64,000 bases of DNA from Phycisphaerae bacterium (GTDB lineage Bacteria; Planctomycetota; Phycisphaerae; UBA1845; PWPN01), in assembly GCA_012729395.1 (NCBI GenBank), contig JAAYDF010000334.1:1714-65713 (forward strand), written 5' to 3'. Within the stretch, counting starts at the first letter, position 1; the number at the start of each line of letters is the position of its first letter. A model generated the notes under the pieces. It saw only the letters and a program-made list of their open reading frames with translations. It had not been told where the DNA came from and made no database searches. The translations under genes and the position numbers were made by a program. This document shows positions 1 through 9,876 of the stretch, in pieces.

Positions 1-64
1 TCGTCGTCTTCTTCAGACCACATCCGCCAGTTTCTCCCAGTTACTTCTGGCCCCGCAGCCCTGT

Positions 65-811
65 TCATCCCCCGTGCTCTTGTGCCACCTGCCGCGCGGA
101 AATCCGAAACGCCAACTGCTCGAAATGCACGGCGAGATCCACGGAAGTCACCGATACCGTCTCCGGCACGTTGATGGCGACCGGCGCGAAGTTCAGGATC
201 CCCATGATCCCCAGCGGCACGAGCCGATCCGCCAGCGACTGAGCGGCGTCGGCGGGCACGCACAGAATCGCGATCTGGACATCATACTGGGCAATGACCT
301 CGGCGAGTCGTTCGAGCGGCAGCACCCGCAACCCCGGGGTCATACCCACCTGCTCGCCGATCCGGTGGGCGTCGCAGTCAATCGCCGCCACAATTCTGAA
401 GCCTTTCTTGAAAAAACCGCGATAGCTGAGCAGTGCCCGGCCCAGGTTCCCGGCGCCGAGCAGCACCGCGTTCCATGTCCGGTCGGTGCCCAGGATGGAG
501 CGAATGCGGGCGATGAGCTCCTCCACACGGTAGCCCACACCGGGGTACCCGAACTGCCCGAAATAGGCCAAATCCTTGCGTACCTGGGCATCGGTGAGGC
601 CGAGCATCTGCCCCAGCTGCTTGCTCGAAACGGTGTGCCGATCCTGAACCAGGAAGCCCTCCAGCTCGCGAAGGTAGAGGCACAATCGCCGAATGGCGGG
701 CGACGGGACTGGACCCTCCTTGGCCGGTCGGGTCTCGTCGGACGGTGACGGCTTCCCGGTCTGGTCGGTACCCATATCTGGACTGTACAAAGGTACGAAG
801 TCCGCCGTCAA
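65..811 (-). CDS. rex: Redox-sensing transcriptional repressor Rex
   Basis: 248-aa ORF. Winged-helix segment (SSKQLGQMLGLTDAQVRKDLAYFGQFG) followed by a Rossmann NAD(H) motif (LLGAGNLGRAL). The start could instead be the internal Met at 775. Confidence 0.85.
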   Translation of the reverse strand: MTADFVPLYSPDMGTDQTGKPSPSDETRPAKEGPVPSPAIRRLCLYLRELEGFLVQDRHTVSSKQLGQMLGLTDAQVRKDLAYFGQFGYPGVGYRVEELIARIRSILGTDRTWNAVLLGAGNLGRALLSYRGFFKKGFRIVAAIDCDAHRIGEQVGMTPGLRVLPLERLAEVIAQYDVQIAILCVPADAAQSLADRLVPLGIMGILNFAPVAINVPETVSVTSVDLAVHFEQLAFRISARQVAQEHGG

Positions 812-947
812 GCACTCCCCTGCCGGGCGGTCTGTAACCTCTTTGGGCAGAGGCGTTTGGTCGATTTGGCCGGTTCTTGACAGAGGCCGGCCGCGCGGAT
901 ACGGTTAACGCTCTCCAGGTGGAGTCCTGCGTCGCGGGAACGAAGGG

Positions 948-2312
948 TTGCCCGTGGCGGGTGTGGTTAGGAATCTGGGCGGACCGGCACAGCACGGACT
1001 AAGGCAGCGCCGGTCCCCTTTGGCTTCAGGGGAGCGGGCCGCTGATCGGCGCCGTTGTAGACTCGTGCAATATCGCAAGACCAACGCTGCATCCGACCCC
1101 AATCGAACCGGCACGGACACTGAGACACGAAGCTTGTTGCGGCTCGCGCCGGGACCCGTGAGCTTGGCCGTCTGTCTGGGAATACTGGCGGGTCTGCCCT
1201 CCGCCGTTGTCGCCCAAGACGCTGCGGCCGGTCCGAACTGGGAAGTCATCCGCAGGTCAGCCCTTGCCGCGATCGACCGCCGGACGACCCAGGTTTGGGT
1301 TGAGAATCAGGTTCAAAGTCTGCTCAACAACGACAATCCGGAGCAGCTGCAAACGGCTGGCGCGGCATTCTACACCGAGCTGCTTCGGCACTACACCGCG
1401 CGTGACAGCACGGCTGATTTCAAGAACGGCTTGGCGGAGATTGTGGCCGGCGCGTTCTCACAAGCGTACCAGTCCACAGCGGAAGGCGGCAAAGCACCGC
1501 AGCCGCTGGGCACCGCGATGGTGCTGCTGGTTCTGCGGGACTTTGGGCACCGGGCGAGCCTACCCTGTTTCCAGGCGGCGTTGGCGGACAGCACTCCCGC
1601 TCCCCGCCTGGTGGCGGCGGAGGGTCTTGCCGGTCTGCGGGACGGGCTGAACGAGCAGGAATGGACCGCGATCGTGCCGGAGGTGCAGCGTGCCGCCGGC
1701 CGCGAGATTAACCCGGTGACCCTCAATCGTCTTTATCGGGTGCTCTACATCGAAGTGCCTGCCCGGGCGGAGGGGGCGATCGCCGCGGTTCAAGGCAGTC
1801 TGGACGCTCGTCTGACCGGGTTCGAGCAGCAGGATCTGCTGCCTCTGTCCGCCGATGGCGAAGCCGCGGCATGGTTGGCCGCGAAGGCTGCGCTCAGCAC
1901 GAACACCCAAACACGAACGGGAGTTGCCCTGCGACTGGGGCGACTGCTCGCCAACGCCGTGGATATCTACCTGAGTGTCAGGATCAAGGAAGCCCAGCAG
2001 GAACAGATCGAGCGAGCGATTCTGTTGACAGAGCCGGCCCTCGAATCTCTCGTGCGTATCGTCAACCGTACCGCGACCTTCCCCAACCCGACGGTTCGCG
2101 ACGCGTTGTCGACCGGCGTCGAGGGGCGAGCGGAGAAGATGGATGCGGCGGTGACCCAATGGGTTGGCTCGGAGGAGGTCGCCGGGGTGTTGAGTCAGCC
2201 GCCGTTCGGTTTTCCCAGGGGGCTACAGGTTCCGCATCGGATGCGCACCGCCGCGACCGCGCCCGCGACCGCGCCCGCGACAGCGACAGCGTCGGCGCCG
2301 GCCAATCCATGA
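948..2312 (+). CDS. Hypothetical secreted/exported protein with Ala-Pro-Thr low-complexity tail
   Basis: 454-codon ORF with a TTG start. Signal-like hydrophobic stretch (LAVCLGILAGLPSAVVAQD). No domain recognised. Start uncertain. Confidence 0.5.
   Translation: MPVAGVVRNLGGPAQHGLRQRRSPLASGERAADRRRCRLVQYRKTNAASDPNRTGTDTETRSLLRLAPGPVSLAVCLGILAGLPSAVVAQDAAAGPNWEVIRRSALAAIDRRTTQVWVENQVQSLLNNDNPEQLQTAGAAFYTELLRHYTARDSTADFKNGLAEIVAGAFSQAYQSTAEGGKAPQPLGTAMVLLVLRDFGHRASLPCFQAALADSTPAPRLVAAEGLAGLRDGLNEQEWTAIVPEVQRAAGREINPVTLNRLYRVLYIEVPARAEGAIAAVQGSLDARLTGFEQQDLLPLSADGEAAAWLAAKAALSTNTQTRTGVALRLGRLLANAVDIYLSVRIKEAQQEQIERAILLTEPALESLVRIVNRTATFPNPTVRDALSTGVEGRAEKMDAAVTQWVGSEEVAGVLSQPPFGFPRGLQVPHRMRTAATAPATAPATATASAPANP
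2250..2290. repeat. Short 12-bp tandem repeat (gcgaccgcgccc-like) encoding the APATAPATATAS tail
   Basis: ccgcgaccgcgcccgcgaccgcgcccgcgacagcgacagcg read directly at the 3-prime end of the 948..2312 ORF. Confidence 0.5.
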
Positions 2313-2379
2313 GGCAACCTCGCTGGATCGCGGCCTGGGCTGACGGTATCGTTTTGCCCCCAACATTGGCCGATCAACC

Positions 2380-3738
2380 ATGGCACTTCCTACTGTCAGC
2401 ATTGTCGGTCGCCCGAACGTCGGCAAGAGCTCCTTGCTCAACATGCTTGCCGGTCGACGGATCAGTATTGTCGAGCCCACAGCCGGCGTGACCCGAGACC
2501 GTATCCAGGCTCTTTGCGACCACGAGGGAGTTTACTTCGAGGTCGTTGACACCGGTGGGTACGGCATCGCGGATCAGGACAATCTCGGCGTGCAGGTTGA
2601 GCAGCAAATCGGGTTTGCGGTTGAGCAGGCGTCGCTGGTGCTTTTCGTCGTGGATGCTCGTGCGGGGCTGCTGCCGTTGGATCGCCAGGTGGCGGACTGG
2701 CTACGAGGCTGCCAACGGCCGGTGCTGCTGCTGGCCAACAAGGTAGATGCGCCGAACACGGCCACCGAGCTGGGCGACTTCCACCGGCTGGGCTACGGTC
2801 CTCCCGTGCCGGTGTCGGCGATGCACCGCAGCGGCGAGGAGGAGATCAAGGAATGGATCGTCGCCCATCTGCCCGCGGGCGATACGGCGGCGCCGGACGA
2901 TCCGGTGATGAAGATCGCCCTGGTGGGTCGGCGGAACGCGGGCAAGAGCACGCTGATTAACGCGCTGGCGGGCCAGGAGCGGGTGATCGTCTCCGAGATT
3001 GCGGGCACTACGCGTGACGCGGTGGATGTGCGGTTCGAGCACCACGGGCGGGCGTACATGGCCATCGACACCGCCGGCCTGCGGAAGAAGAGCCGGATTG
3101 CCGACGACGTCGAGTACTACAGCTTTCACCGTGCGGAGCTGTCGATTCGCAGAGCGGATGTCGTGCTCTTCCTGCTCGACGCCACGCAGGAGGTTGGGGC
3201 GGTTGACAAGAAGCTGGGGCATTACATCGCCGAGCAGTACAAGCCCTGCGTCCTGGTGGTCAACAAATGGGATCTGGCGAAGGATCGAGCCAGCACTGAG
3301 GAGTTCGGCGAGTACCTCGATCAGATTCTGCCGGGCATCGCGTATGCCCCGGTGGCGTTCGTGACCGCCAACCAAGGCAAGAACGTGCAGACGGTGATTG
3401 ACCTGGCGAGCGCCCTGTTCAAGCAGGCGTCGACTCGGGTGCCCACGGCCCAGTTGAACAGCGTGCTGGACGCGGTCATGTCCGGCCCGATTCCTTCGGC
3501 GAAGCGGGGGCCGGGGTCGGTCAAGATTCTGTACGGCACACAGGCGGCGGTCTGCCCGCCGACGCTGATTCTGTTTGTGAACGACGCAAGCCGAGTCTCT
3601 CCGGGGCTTGAGCGGTTCCTCTTGGGCCGCCTGCGTGATATGCTACCCTTTGCGGAAGTGCCGATCCGGCTGGTGTACCGCGGCCGTCGTGGGGTCCGCG
3701 CCGCTCGCGAAGCCGCCGAACGCTCCGGCGAGAGGTAA
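2380..3738 (+). CDS. der: Ribosome-associated GTPase Der (EngA)
   Basis: Two tandem GTPase domains with P-loops GRPNVGKSS and GRRNAGKST, G3 motifs DTGG/DTAG and G4 motifs NKVD/NKWD, plus a KH-like C-terminus. Confidence 0.95.
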   Translation: MALPTVSIVGRPNVGKSSLLNMLAGRRISIVEPTAGVTRDRIQALCDHEGVYFEVVDTGGYGIADQDNLGVQVEQQIGFAVEQASLVLFVVDARAGLLPLDRQVADWLRGCQRPVLLLANKVDAPNTATELGDFHRLGYGPPVPVSAMHRSGEEEIKEWIVAHLPAGDTAAPDDPVMKIALVGRRNAGKSTLINALAGQERVIVSEIAGTTRDAVDVRFEHHGRAYMAIDTAGLRKKSRIADDVEYYSFHRAELSIRRADVVLFLLDATQEVGAVDKKLGHYIAEQYKPCVLVVNKWDLAKDRASTEEFGEYLDQILPGIAYAPVAFVTANQGKNVQTVIDLASALFKQASTRVPTAQLNSVLDAVMSGPIPSAKRGPGSVKILYGTQAAVCPPTLILFVNDASRVSPGLERFLLGRLRDMLPFAEVPIRLVYRGRRGVRAAREAAERSGER

Positions 3739-3741
3739 GCC

Positions 3742-4278
3742 ATGAGCATCCAGATCAAATGCGAGAAGTGCGGGCATGGGATGAGTGTTCCACGCGAGTC
3801 GGCTGGCGGATACTCAGCCTGTCCAAGCTGCGGCAACTCGGTCTACATCCCGACGCCCGAGGAGGAGATCGAGGAGCTACCGCTGGCGAAGGAAGATCCC
3901 AGCGAGATCGAGCGTGAAGCCGCCCTGCAGGCCGAGCGACGCCGATTGGACATGCAGCTGGCCCGCGAGGAGAAAGGCGGCAGTTCGGAGCCATCTTCGG
4001 GGTCGCCCCCGCTCAGACGACCGGCGGCGGCTCCGCCGCACCCGCCGGGCAGCGGGCGGACCACGGTCAAGGGCGTAGTCATCGCCTATCTGACCGCGAT
4101 GCGCGATTCGGATCTCTCGCGAGCCGAGCAGGCGGCTGCACTTCTGGAACCCTACAAGGCCGAGACATTGCGGATCATCGACCGCTTGGCCGCCGACCAG
4201 ATCCCCCCCGCCGAGATGGCGGATGTTCCTCCCGCGGTTTTCCAGGGATTCCTCAAGAGTCTCCGCAGCAAGTTGTGA
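3742..4278 (+). CDS. Zinc-ribbon domain protein, function unknown
   Basis: ATG lies 3 nt after the der stop. N-terminal CxxC...CxxC pair (CEKCGHG...CPSCGNS), then an acidic linker and a helical C-terminus. Confidence 0.7.
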   Translation: MSIQIKCEKCGHGMSVPRESAGGYSACPSCGNSVYIPTPEEEIEELPLAKEDPSEIEREAALQAERRRLDMQLAREEKGGSSEPSSGSPPLRRPAAAPPHPPGSGRTTVKGVVIAYLTAMRDSDLSRAEQAAALLEPYKAETLRIIDRLAADQIPPAEMADVPPAVFQGFLKSLRSKL

Positions 4279-4461
4279 TCCATCGCGGCCGGTGCCCAGC
4301 CGCCTTGCGGGAGCGCTACGTTCTCGGCGGGCGATGCCCATTCGCTGGGCATGAGGCAGGCTGAGCGGTTTGTGAGGCCAAGGTATCGGGGTTAAGATGC
4401 CCAGGTACGGTATCGAAACGGATCGACCGCGACGGGTTCGCCGCGGCAGGAGGTTATTACC

Positions 4462-5772
4462 ATGACGAAGAAGATGAACCGCCGGAAGTTCATTCAGCAG
4501 TCAGCGGCGTTGGGTGTGCTGGCCGTCGCCGGGCGGTCGCCGATCGCTCTGGGCGCTCCGCGGCGAGGGGCGAATGAGGAGCTGCGTGTCGCCTGCCTCG
4601 GCATCCGAGGGCAGGGCGGCGGTCATATTCACTCGCACGCACACGCGAAGAACGTACGTGTGGTCACCCTGTGTGACATCGACGAGCGTCTGTTCGGCCA
4701 ACGGATCAAGATGGTCACTGATGCCGGGGCACCCGCTCCGAAGACGGAGTGGGACTTCCGCCGCGTGCTTGACGACAAGGATGTGGATTGCGTCTCGATC
4801 GCCACGCCGAACCACTGGCACGCACTGGCGACCATCTGGGCCTGCCAAGCGGGCAAGGACGTGTACGTCGAGAAGCCCTGCTCGCACAACATCTTCGAGG
4901 GTCGCAAAGCGGTCGAGGCGGCGGCCCGGTACAAGCGGATCGTGCAGCACGGCACGCAGGCTCGCTCGATCCGTTGTGTCCGGGAGGCGATCCGGCTGCT
5001 TCACGAGGGCATTATCGGAGACATCTACATGGCCCGGGCTTGCTGCTTCAAGCGACGGGACTCGATCGGTATCAAGCCCGACTCGCCGGTACCCGCCGGG
5101 GTGCACTACAACAACTGGCTTGGGCCGGCCCCCGAGCGAGCGTTCAACGAGAACCGCTTCCACTACGAATGGCACTGGCATTGGGACTACGGCAACGGCG
5201 ACATCGGCAACCAGGGCGTCCACCAGATGGACATCGCCATGTGGGGCTTGGGCAAGGACCATGAGCTGCCGGTCAAGGTCAGCAGCATGGGCGGCCGGTA
5301 CACCTACGAAGATCAGGGCCAGACGCCCAATACTCAAATTGCCACCTGCCAGTACGCCGACGGTAAGATGCTCGTGTTCGAGGTCCGCGGCCGGCAGACC
5401 AATGATGAGTGGGGTGTCGGCGTGGGCAACCTGTTCTACGGCTCGAAGGGCTACATGGCCATCCGCGGGACGGGTGGGCCGTTCGAAACGGTGATTGACG
5501 GCCAGCCGGGGCCCAAGGGTGAAGGCGGAGCCAACGAGGCCTTCACGAACTTCCACGCCGCGGTGCGCAGCGGCAAGGCTTCGGACCTCAACGCCCCGAT
5601 CGAGGTCGGCCACTACTCAGCCGCTCATTGCCATTTAGCGAACATCGCCTATCGGGTCGGGCGGACTCTGTCTTTCGATCCCCAGGCGGAGCGATTCGTC
5701 AGCGACCCGGAGGCCGATGCCCTGCTGACCCGCGATTACCGCGCCCCGTTTGTCGTGCCGCAGACAATGTGA
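4462..5772 (+). CDS. Gfo/Idh/MocA family oxidoreductase with twin-arginine signal
   Basis: RBS aggagg upstream. Tat motif NRRKFIQQSAALGVLAVAG. Rossmann N-terminus (LRVACLGIRGQGGGH). The EKP motif (VYVEKPCSHN) is typical of the family. Confidence 0.9.
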   Translation: MTKKMNRRKFIQQSAALGVLAVAGRSPIALGAPRRGANEELRVACLGIRGQGGGHIHSHAHAKNVRVVTLCDIDERLFGQRIKMVTDAGAPAPKTEWDFRRVLDDKDVDCVSIATPNHWHALATIWACQAGKDVYVEKPCSHNIFEGRKAVEAAARYKRIVQHGTQARSIRCVREAIRLLHEGIIGDIYMARACCFKRRDSIGIKPDSPVPAGVHYNNWLGPAPERAFNENRFHYEWHWHWDYGNGDIGNQGVHQMDIAMWGLGKDHELPVKVSSMGGRYTYEDQGQTPNTQIATCQYADGKMLVFEVRGRQTNDEWGVGVGNLFYGSKGYMAIRGTGGPFETVIDGQPGPKGEGGANEAFTNFHAAVRSGKASDLNAPIEVGHYSAAHCHLANIAYRVGRTLSFDPQAERFVSDPEADALLTRDYRAPFVVPQTM

Positions 5773-5793
5773 ACGTGAACGGAAGGTGTGCGC

Positions 5794-5820
5794 GAAGCCG
5801 CGACCCCAAGGGAGCGTCTG
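5794..5820. repeat. REP family 2 singleton (agccgcgacc..aagggagcg)
   Basis: agccgcgaccccaagggagcg differs at about 3 of 21 positions from the arm at 25327-25350. It lies just downstream of the oxidoreductase stop. Confidence 0.5.
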
Positions 5821-5913
5821 GGTGGCGGTGGTGATCGATGTGGGCAGGCTTCTCTGGCTCGCCTCCGCAATCCCTTCCAGGCGGTGGCGGCGCGGTGGTA
5901 TGGGCACGTGCGT

Positions 5914-6384
5914 ATGCTGTTTCGATTGTTATTGCTGTTCACCGTGGTGCCGCTGATCGAGCTGACCCTGTTAATTAAGATCGGCCAGCGAATCGGCGCG
6001 GGAACCACGATCGCGCTGGTTCTGTTGACCGGCCTGGCCGGGGCGGCTCTTGCCCGACACGAGGGCTGGCGGACATGGACCGCCATACAGCGTGACTTGG
6101 CCGCGGGTCGCTTGCCGGGCGATCGCATTGTCGATGCCCTGCTCATTCTCGTCGCGGGCCTATTGCTCATCGCCCCGGGCGTGTTGACCGACTTGGTCGG
6201 GGTGGTGCTGCTTGTTGCGCCCACGCGTCGGTTGATGCGGCAGTATCTCAAGCGGCGGTTCGCGGCCCGCATGGTCATCATGAGCCCGGGGCCGGCTCGC
6301 CCCACCGACCCTAACCGCCCGCTCAATCGCGACGATGATTTCATCGACGTCGAGGCCCGCCCGCCGGGCCACCGCTCCGACTGA
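5914..6384 (+). CDS. fxsA: FxsA family membrane protein
   Basis: Starts MLFRLLLLFTVVPLIELTLLIKIGQRIGAGTTIAL, the typical FxsA N-terminus, with further TM helices. The track ORF starts at 5788; ATG 5914 was chosen by homology reasoning. Confidence 0.8.
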   Translation: MLFRLLLLFTVVPLIELTLLIKIGQRIGAGTTIALVLLTGLAGAALARHEGWRTWTAIQRDLAAGRLPGDRIVDALLILVAGLLLIAPGVLTDLVGVVLLVAPTRRLMRQYLKRRFAARMVIMSPGPARPTDPNRPLNRDDDFIDVEARPPGHRSD

Positions 6385-6400
6385 CACGAGGAAATGCGCC

Positions 6401-6451
6401 GGTCGCTACGGCTCGGCTGCGCTCGCCGAAGTCGGGGGACGACCGCTGCGG
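6401..6451. repeat. Repeat family 3, short (unfilled) copy
   Basis: ggtcgctacggctcggctg|cgctcgccgaagtcgggggacgaccgctgcgg matches both flanks of the longer copy at 12505-12610. Confidence 0.6.
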
Positions 6452-6710
6452 GGGGAAGAGCAAGGCTTTCTTGCCAGGAATCCCGCCACCAAGGGGACAG
6501 GCGGAACGCGCTCGTGTGGCACTGCTCTGTGAGCGGTGCATGCGTGCACGGCTTTCTCGCCATCGGCCCCGCCACCAAGCACGGCCCGGTCGCCACGGGG
6601 GGCGACCGCTACGGCGACTCTGTTCGTCGTCCTCGGGCCCGACAGGATGGCTCCAACCCCCGCGATGGCGAGTGGGGGTTTTGAGTACGTCGCTGACGCG
6701 CCGCATCCCC

Positions 6711-6822
6711 GCGCTCGCGCTTGGGGCTCGTTGGCGCTTGACATTCCTTGATCGCGCTGGCGATTGGGGCTCGTTGGCGATTGGCGGTCGTTGATCACGC
6801 TCGCGCTTGGGGCTCGTTGGGG
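6711..6822. repeat. Cluster of three degenerate REP-tail copies (cgcgcttggggctcgttggcg)
   Basis: Copies at 6711-6736, 6753-6779 and 6797-6822 share ttggggctcgttgg. The gctcgttggcg tail is the one attached to REP family 1 hairpins at 7552, 34346 and 39577. Confidence 0.6.
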
Positions 6823-6847
6823 CGCGGGGGGTTGCCCGGGGAGGCGT

Positions 6848-7459
6848 TCACTCGCTGCCAGCCACTACCCACTCGCCGGTGGTCAGGCGTTCAAAGAAGA
6901 TGTAGCGACGATCCCGCCGGGCAAGCTCGATGCCTTGGTTATCGATGCGCAGAAAAGTTCGGCGGCCGGCGGCCAACGGCAGGTGGGCGATGTGCAATCG
7001 CAGGCGACGGACATTGTTGGTCTGCACCTGAATACGGTTCCGCTCGGGGAACTCGCCGGTACAGGTGGCGGGACTGTCTTGGTTGGCCAGGTCGAGAACC
7101 TTCAGCCAGCCGGGCTGCTCCTCCTCCGCAGAACGCAGGTACAACCGAACGGTGTACGGCGGTTCCGAGAGATAGCTGGAAGCAGGCATGGTCTCGGGTA
7201 CCGGTTGAGCCGTCCGCGTTGCGGCCGGAGCGGTATCGGTCGGGCCGGGCCCGACGACCACCGTCGATGGCGGTGGCGGCATGTCCTCCGGTGAGCTGGC
7301 TTGAGTAGCCGGCGGCCCCTTGGCGAGGTCAGCGGTTTGGCGTTGGCGTGGCTTGTTGTTGCAGCCGATCATCGCCATGACCACCGGAAAGAGGACCAAC
7401 ATCAACAGCGTGTATACACCGGCGTGACGCGTTCGGCCTCGGCGGGCAAGGGGTTCCAT
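6848..7459 (-). CDS. Hypothetical lipoprotein
   Basis: RBS gaggagc precedes ATG 7459. Signal peptide with lipobox ([11 protein letters not shown]), a Pro-rich linker, then a beta-rich C-terminal domain. No family recognised. Confidence 0.65.
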   Translation of the reverse strand: MEPLARRGRTRHAGVYTLLMLVLFPVVMAMIGCNNKPRQRQTADLAKGPPATQASSPEDMPPPPSTVVVGPGPTDTAPAATRTAQPVPETMPASSYLSEPPYTVRLYLRSAEEEQPGWLKVLDLANQDSPATCTGEFPERNRIQVQTNNVRRLRLHIAHLPLAAGRRTFLRIDNQGIELARRDRRYIFFERLTTGEWVVAGSE

Positions 7460-7551
7460 GGGTAGCTCCTCTTCTGCAAGGGCTGCGCGGCGGTCTGGCA
7501 CTGCTGGATTCTACGCGAGGGCGTGCGGCGAAGCGAGGCGTGTGTGCTCAC

Positions 7552-7585
7552 GAGCCGCGGGCTTTGGGCCCGCGGCTCGTTGGCG
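7552..7585 (+). repeat. REP family 1 variant hairpin
   Basis: gagccgcgggc-tttgg-gcccgcggctc forms a perfect 11-bp stem with a 5-nt loop, followed by the gttggcg tail. It lies about 70 nt upstream of the hslV start. Confidence 0.7.
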
Positions 7586-7656
7586 GGCGCGGTTGCGGCG
7601 TCGGGGGCGATGGGCTAAGGTGCATGCGTGATGACCAACGAGAGGGAGCAAGCCAG

Positions 7657-8202
7657 ATGGGCACAAGCGGAGTCATGATTCGGAGCACGACGATACTCGC
7701 GGTCCGCCGGGACGGGCGGGCGGCGCTGGGCGGCGACGGGCAGGTCACGCTGGGCAACACGGCCGTCAAGCACGACGCCAACAAGATCCGCCGCCTCTGC
7801 GGGGGCAAGGTATTGTGCGGATTCGCGGGTAGTGCCGCCGACGCCTTCGCCCTGCTTGACCGGTTCGACAGCAAGCTCGAAGCGTTCAAGGGCAACATGC
7901 GGCGTGCGGCGATCGAGTTGGCCAAGGATTGGCGCACGGACCGCATGCTGCGCCGGCTGGAGTCGCTGCTGGCGGCGGTTGACCATGAGACTTCGTTGAT
8001 CATCAGCGGCAGCGGCGAGGTGATCGAGCCGACGGACGGCGTGGTGGGCATCGGCTCGGGGGGCATGTACGCGGCGTCGGCGGCTCGGGCTCTGCTCAAG
8101 CATTCCGCCCTGCCGCCCGAGGAGATCGTCCGCGAGTCGCTGCTGATCACTGCGGGGATCTGCATCTACACCAACGACCACCTGACGATCGAGACCCTTT
8201 GA
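7657..8202 (+). CDS. hslV: ATP-dependent protease subunit HslV
   Basis: Contains [11 protein letters not shown] (Thr nucleophile region), [17 protein letters not shown] and GSGG. RBS gagggag upstream of ATG 7657. ATG 7675 is an alternative start. Confidence 0.9.
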   Translation: MGTSGVMIRSTTILAVRRDGRAALGGDGQVTLGNTAVKHDANKIRRLCGGKVLCGFAGSAADAFALLDRFDSKLEAFKGNMRRAAIELAKDWRTDRMLRRLESLLAAVDHETSLIISGSGEVIEPTDGVVGIGSGGMYAASAARALLKHSALPPEEIVRESLLITAGICIYTNDHLTIETL

Positions 8203-8257
8203 TTCTTTGCCGGAGGCGATCGACGACCGGCCGTTCGGAGCCGGCAATCGCGCGAAC

Positions 8258-9595
8258 ATGAACGACCTGACACCCAGACAGATTGTTGAGGAACTGGACA
8301 AGTACATCATCGGCCAGGACGACGCCAAGCGGGCGGTGGCGGTCGCGGTGCGGAATCGCTGGCGGCGGCAGCAGTTGCCGGAAGAGCTGCGGGCCGAGGT
8401 CGGCCCCAAGAACATCCTCATGATGGGCCCAACCGGGGTGGGCAAGACTGAGATCGCCCGCCGACTGGCTCGCCTGGTCAACGCCCCGTTCATCAAGGTT
8501 GAGGCGACCAAGTACACCGAGGTCGGCTACCACGGTCGCGACGTGGAGAGCATGATCCGCGACCTGCTCGACCTGGCCATCCACATGGTCCGGGGCGAGC
8601 AAGCGGAGGTCGTGCGGCAGGAGGCGGAGCGACTCACCGAAGAGCGGCTGCTGGACGTCCTTCTGCCCGACGGCGGGCCCGCGGGTCTCGATCCCAACAG
8701 CGAGCAGGCCCAGCAGCGGCAGCGCACCCGCGAGAAGTTCCGGCAACGGCTGCGTGACGGCGAGTTCGACGATCGCGAGATCGAGATCACCGCCGAGGAG
8801 AAGGTCATGCCCGTAGGCATGATGGCCACCATCGGCGCCGACCAGCTCGATCCCGAGATGCAGAGTTTCTTTGAGAAACTCATCCCTCAGCAGCCGCGCA
8901 CTCGCCGGTTGCCATTGCGCGAGGCCCGCAAGGTTCTGCACCAGCAGGCCTGCGAGAAACTCATCGACCGCGAGAAGGTCACGGAGATGGCCATCCGCCG
9001 AACAGAGAACAGCGGCATCGTGTTCATCGACGAGATCGACAAGGTGGCCGGCCCGTCCAGCAGCCACGGCCCGGATGTGTCCCGTCAAGGCGTGCAGCGC
9101 GATCTCCTGCCGATCGTCGAGGGCTCGACCGTGGGCACGCGGCATGGGCAGGTCCGCACCGACCATATCCTGTTCATCGCCGCCGGGGCCTTCCATGCCA
9201 GCAAGCCCGCCGATCTGATGCCCGAGTTGCAGGGCCGCTTCCCTATTCGTGTCGAGCTCGGGGATCTGACGCAGGAGGACTTCGTCCGCATTCTCACTCA
9301 GCCGCAGAACGCCCTGACCCGCCAGCAGATCGCCCTGCTGGCCACGGAGGGCGTGCGGCTCAGCTTCACCGACGATGCGGTGCAAGCCATGGCCGAGATC
9401 GCCTGCCAAGTCAACCGCAGCACGCTGAACATCGGGGCTCGGCGACTCTACACGATCATGGAGAAAGTGCTGGAGGAACTGGGCTATGAGGCCCCGGAGC
9501 GTTCCGGGCAGGCCGTGGTCGTGGATGGAACTCTGGTCCGTGAGCGGTTGGCGGGCATCTGTGACCGGGAAGACGTCAGCCGGTTCATCTTGTAG
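8258..9595 (+). CDS. hslU: ATP-dependent protease ATPase subunit HslU
   Basis: Starts MNDLTPRQIVEELDKYIIGQDDAKRAVA. Walker A GPTGVGKTE, Walker B IVFIDEIDK, and the I-domain insertion. Confidence 0.95.
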   Translation: MNDLTPRQIVEELDKYIIGQDDAKRAVAVAVRNRWRRQQLPEELRAEVGPKNILMMGPTGVGKTEIARRLARLVNAPFIKVEATKYTEVGYHGRDVESMIRDLLDLAIHMVRGEQAEVVRQEAERLTEERLLDVLLPDGGPAGLDPNSEQAQQRQRTREKFRQRLRDGEFDDREIEITAEEKVMPVGMMATIGADQLDPEMQSFFEKLIPQQPRTRRLPLREARKVLHQQACEKLIDREKVTEMAIRRTENSGIVFIDEIDKVAGPSSSHGPDVSRQGVQRDLLPIVEGSTVGTRHGQVRTDHILFIAAGAFHASKPADLMPELQGRFPIRVELGDLTQEDFVRILTQPQNALTRQQIALLATEGVRLSFTDDAVQAMAEIACQVNRSTLNIGARRLYTIMEKVLEELGYEAPERSGQAVVVDGTLVRERLAGICDREDVSRFIL

Positions 9596-9602
9596 CGGGC
9601 GA

Positions 9603-9860
9603 TCAAGTGGGACGTCGCGGCGGGACGGGGTCCAGCCCACCGAGGCAGAAGGGATGGCAGCGTAGCAGACGCTTCACCCCCAGCCAGCTCCCGCGGACCG
9701 CCCCCCACTCGCGGACCGCCTGGAGGAAGTACTCGCTGCACGTCGGGGAAAACCGGCACGAGCCGATCAGCAAAGGGGAAAGGGCCACCCGGTAACCGCT
9801 GATGAGCAAGCCAATCAACAGGGCGGGCAAACCGCGGACACAATGCAGCAAGCGAGGCAT
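9603..9860 (-). CDS. yidD: Membrane protein insertion efficiency factor YidD
   Basis: 85-aa product with [16 protein letters not shown] and [12 protein letters not shown] motifs. ATG 9860 was chosen within the longer track ORF. Confidence 0.85.
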   Translation of the reverse strand: MPRLLHCVRGLPALLIGLLISGYRVALSPLLIGSCRFSPTCSEYFLQAVREWGAVRGSWLGVKRLLRCHPFCLGGLDPVPPRRPT

Positions 9861-9876
9861 GGTGCCATTGTAGCGG

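Noticed and set aside
877-905. Sigma-70-like promoter (ttgaca - 17 nt - tacggt) upstream of the 948 ORF
   Set aside because: The -35 box is perfect and the spacing is ideal, but the -10 box is weak (3/6). Promoter consensus in this lineage is unknown to me, so it is not supported enough to list as a feature.
4501-5613. 370-aa minus-strand ORF and overlapping plus-strand alternate-frame ORFs
   Set aside because: They overlap the Gfo/Idh/MocA oxidoreductase, which has a Tat signal, a Rossmann motif and an RBS. The alternate frames are Arg/Pro/Gly-rich artefacts.
8147-9640. 497-aa ORF on the minus strand
   Set aside because: It is exactly antisense to hslU, which has unambiguous Walker motifs. 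Its composition is Arg/Gly/Ala/Pro-rich, typical of shadow ORFs in high-GC DNA. No recognisable domain.
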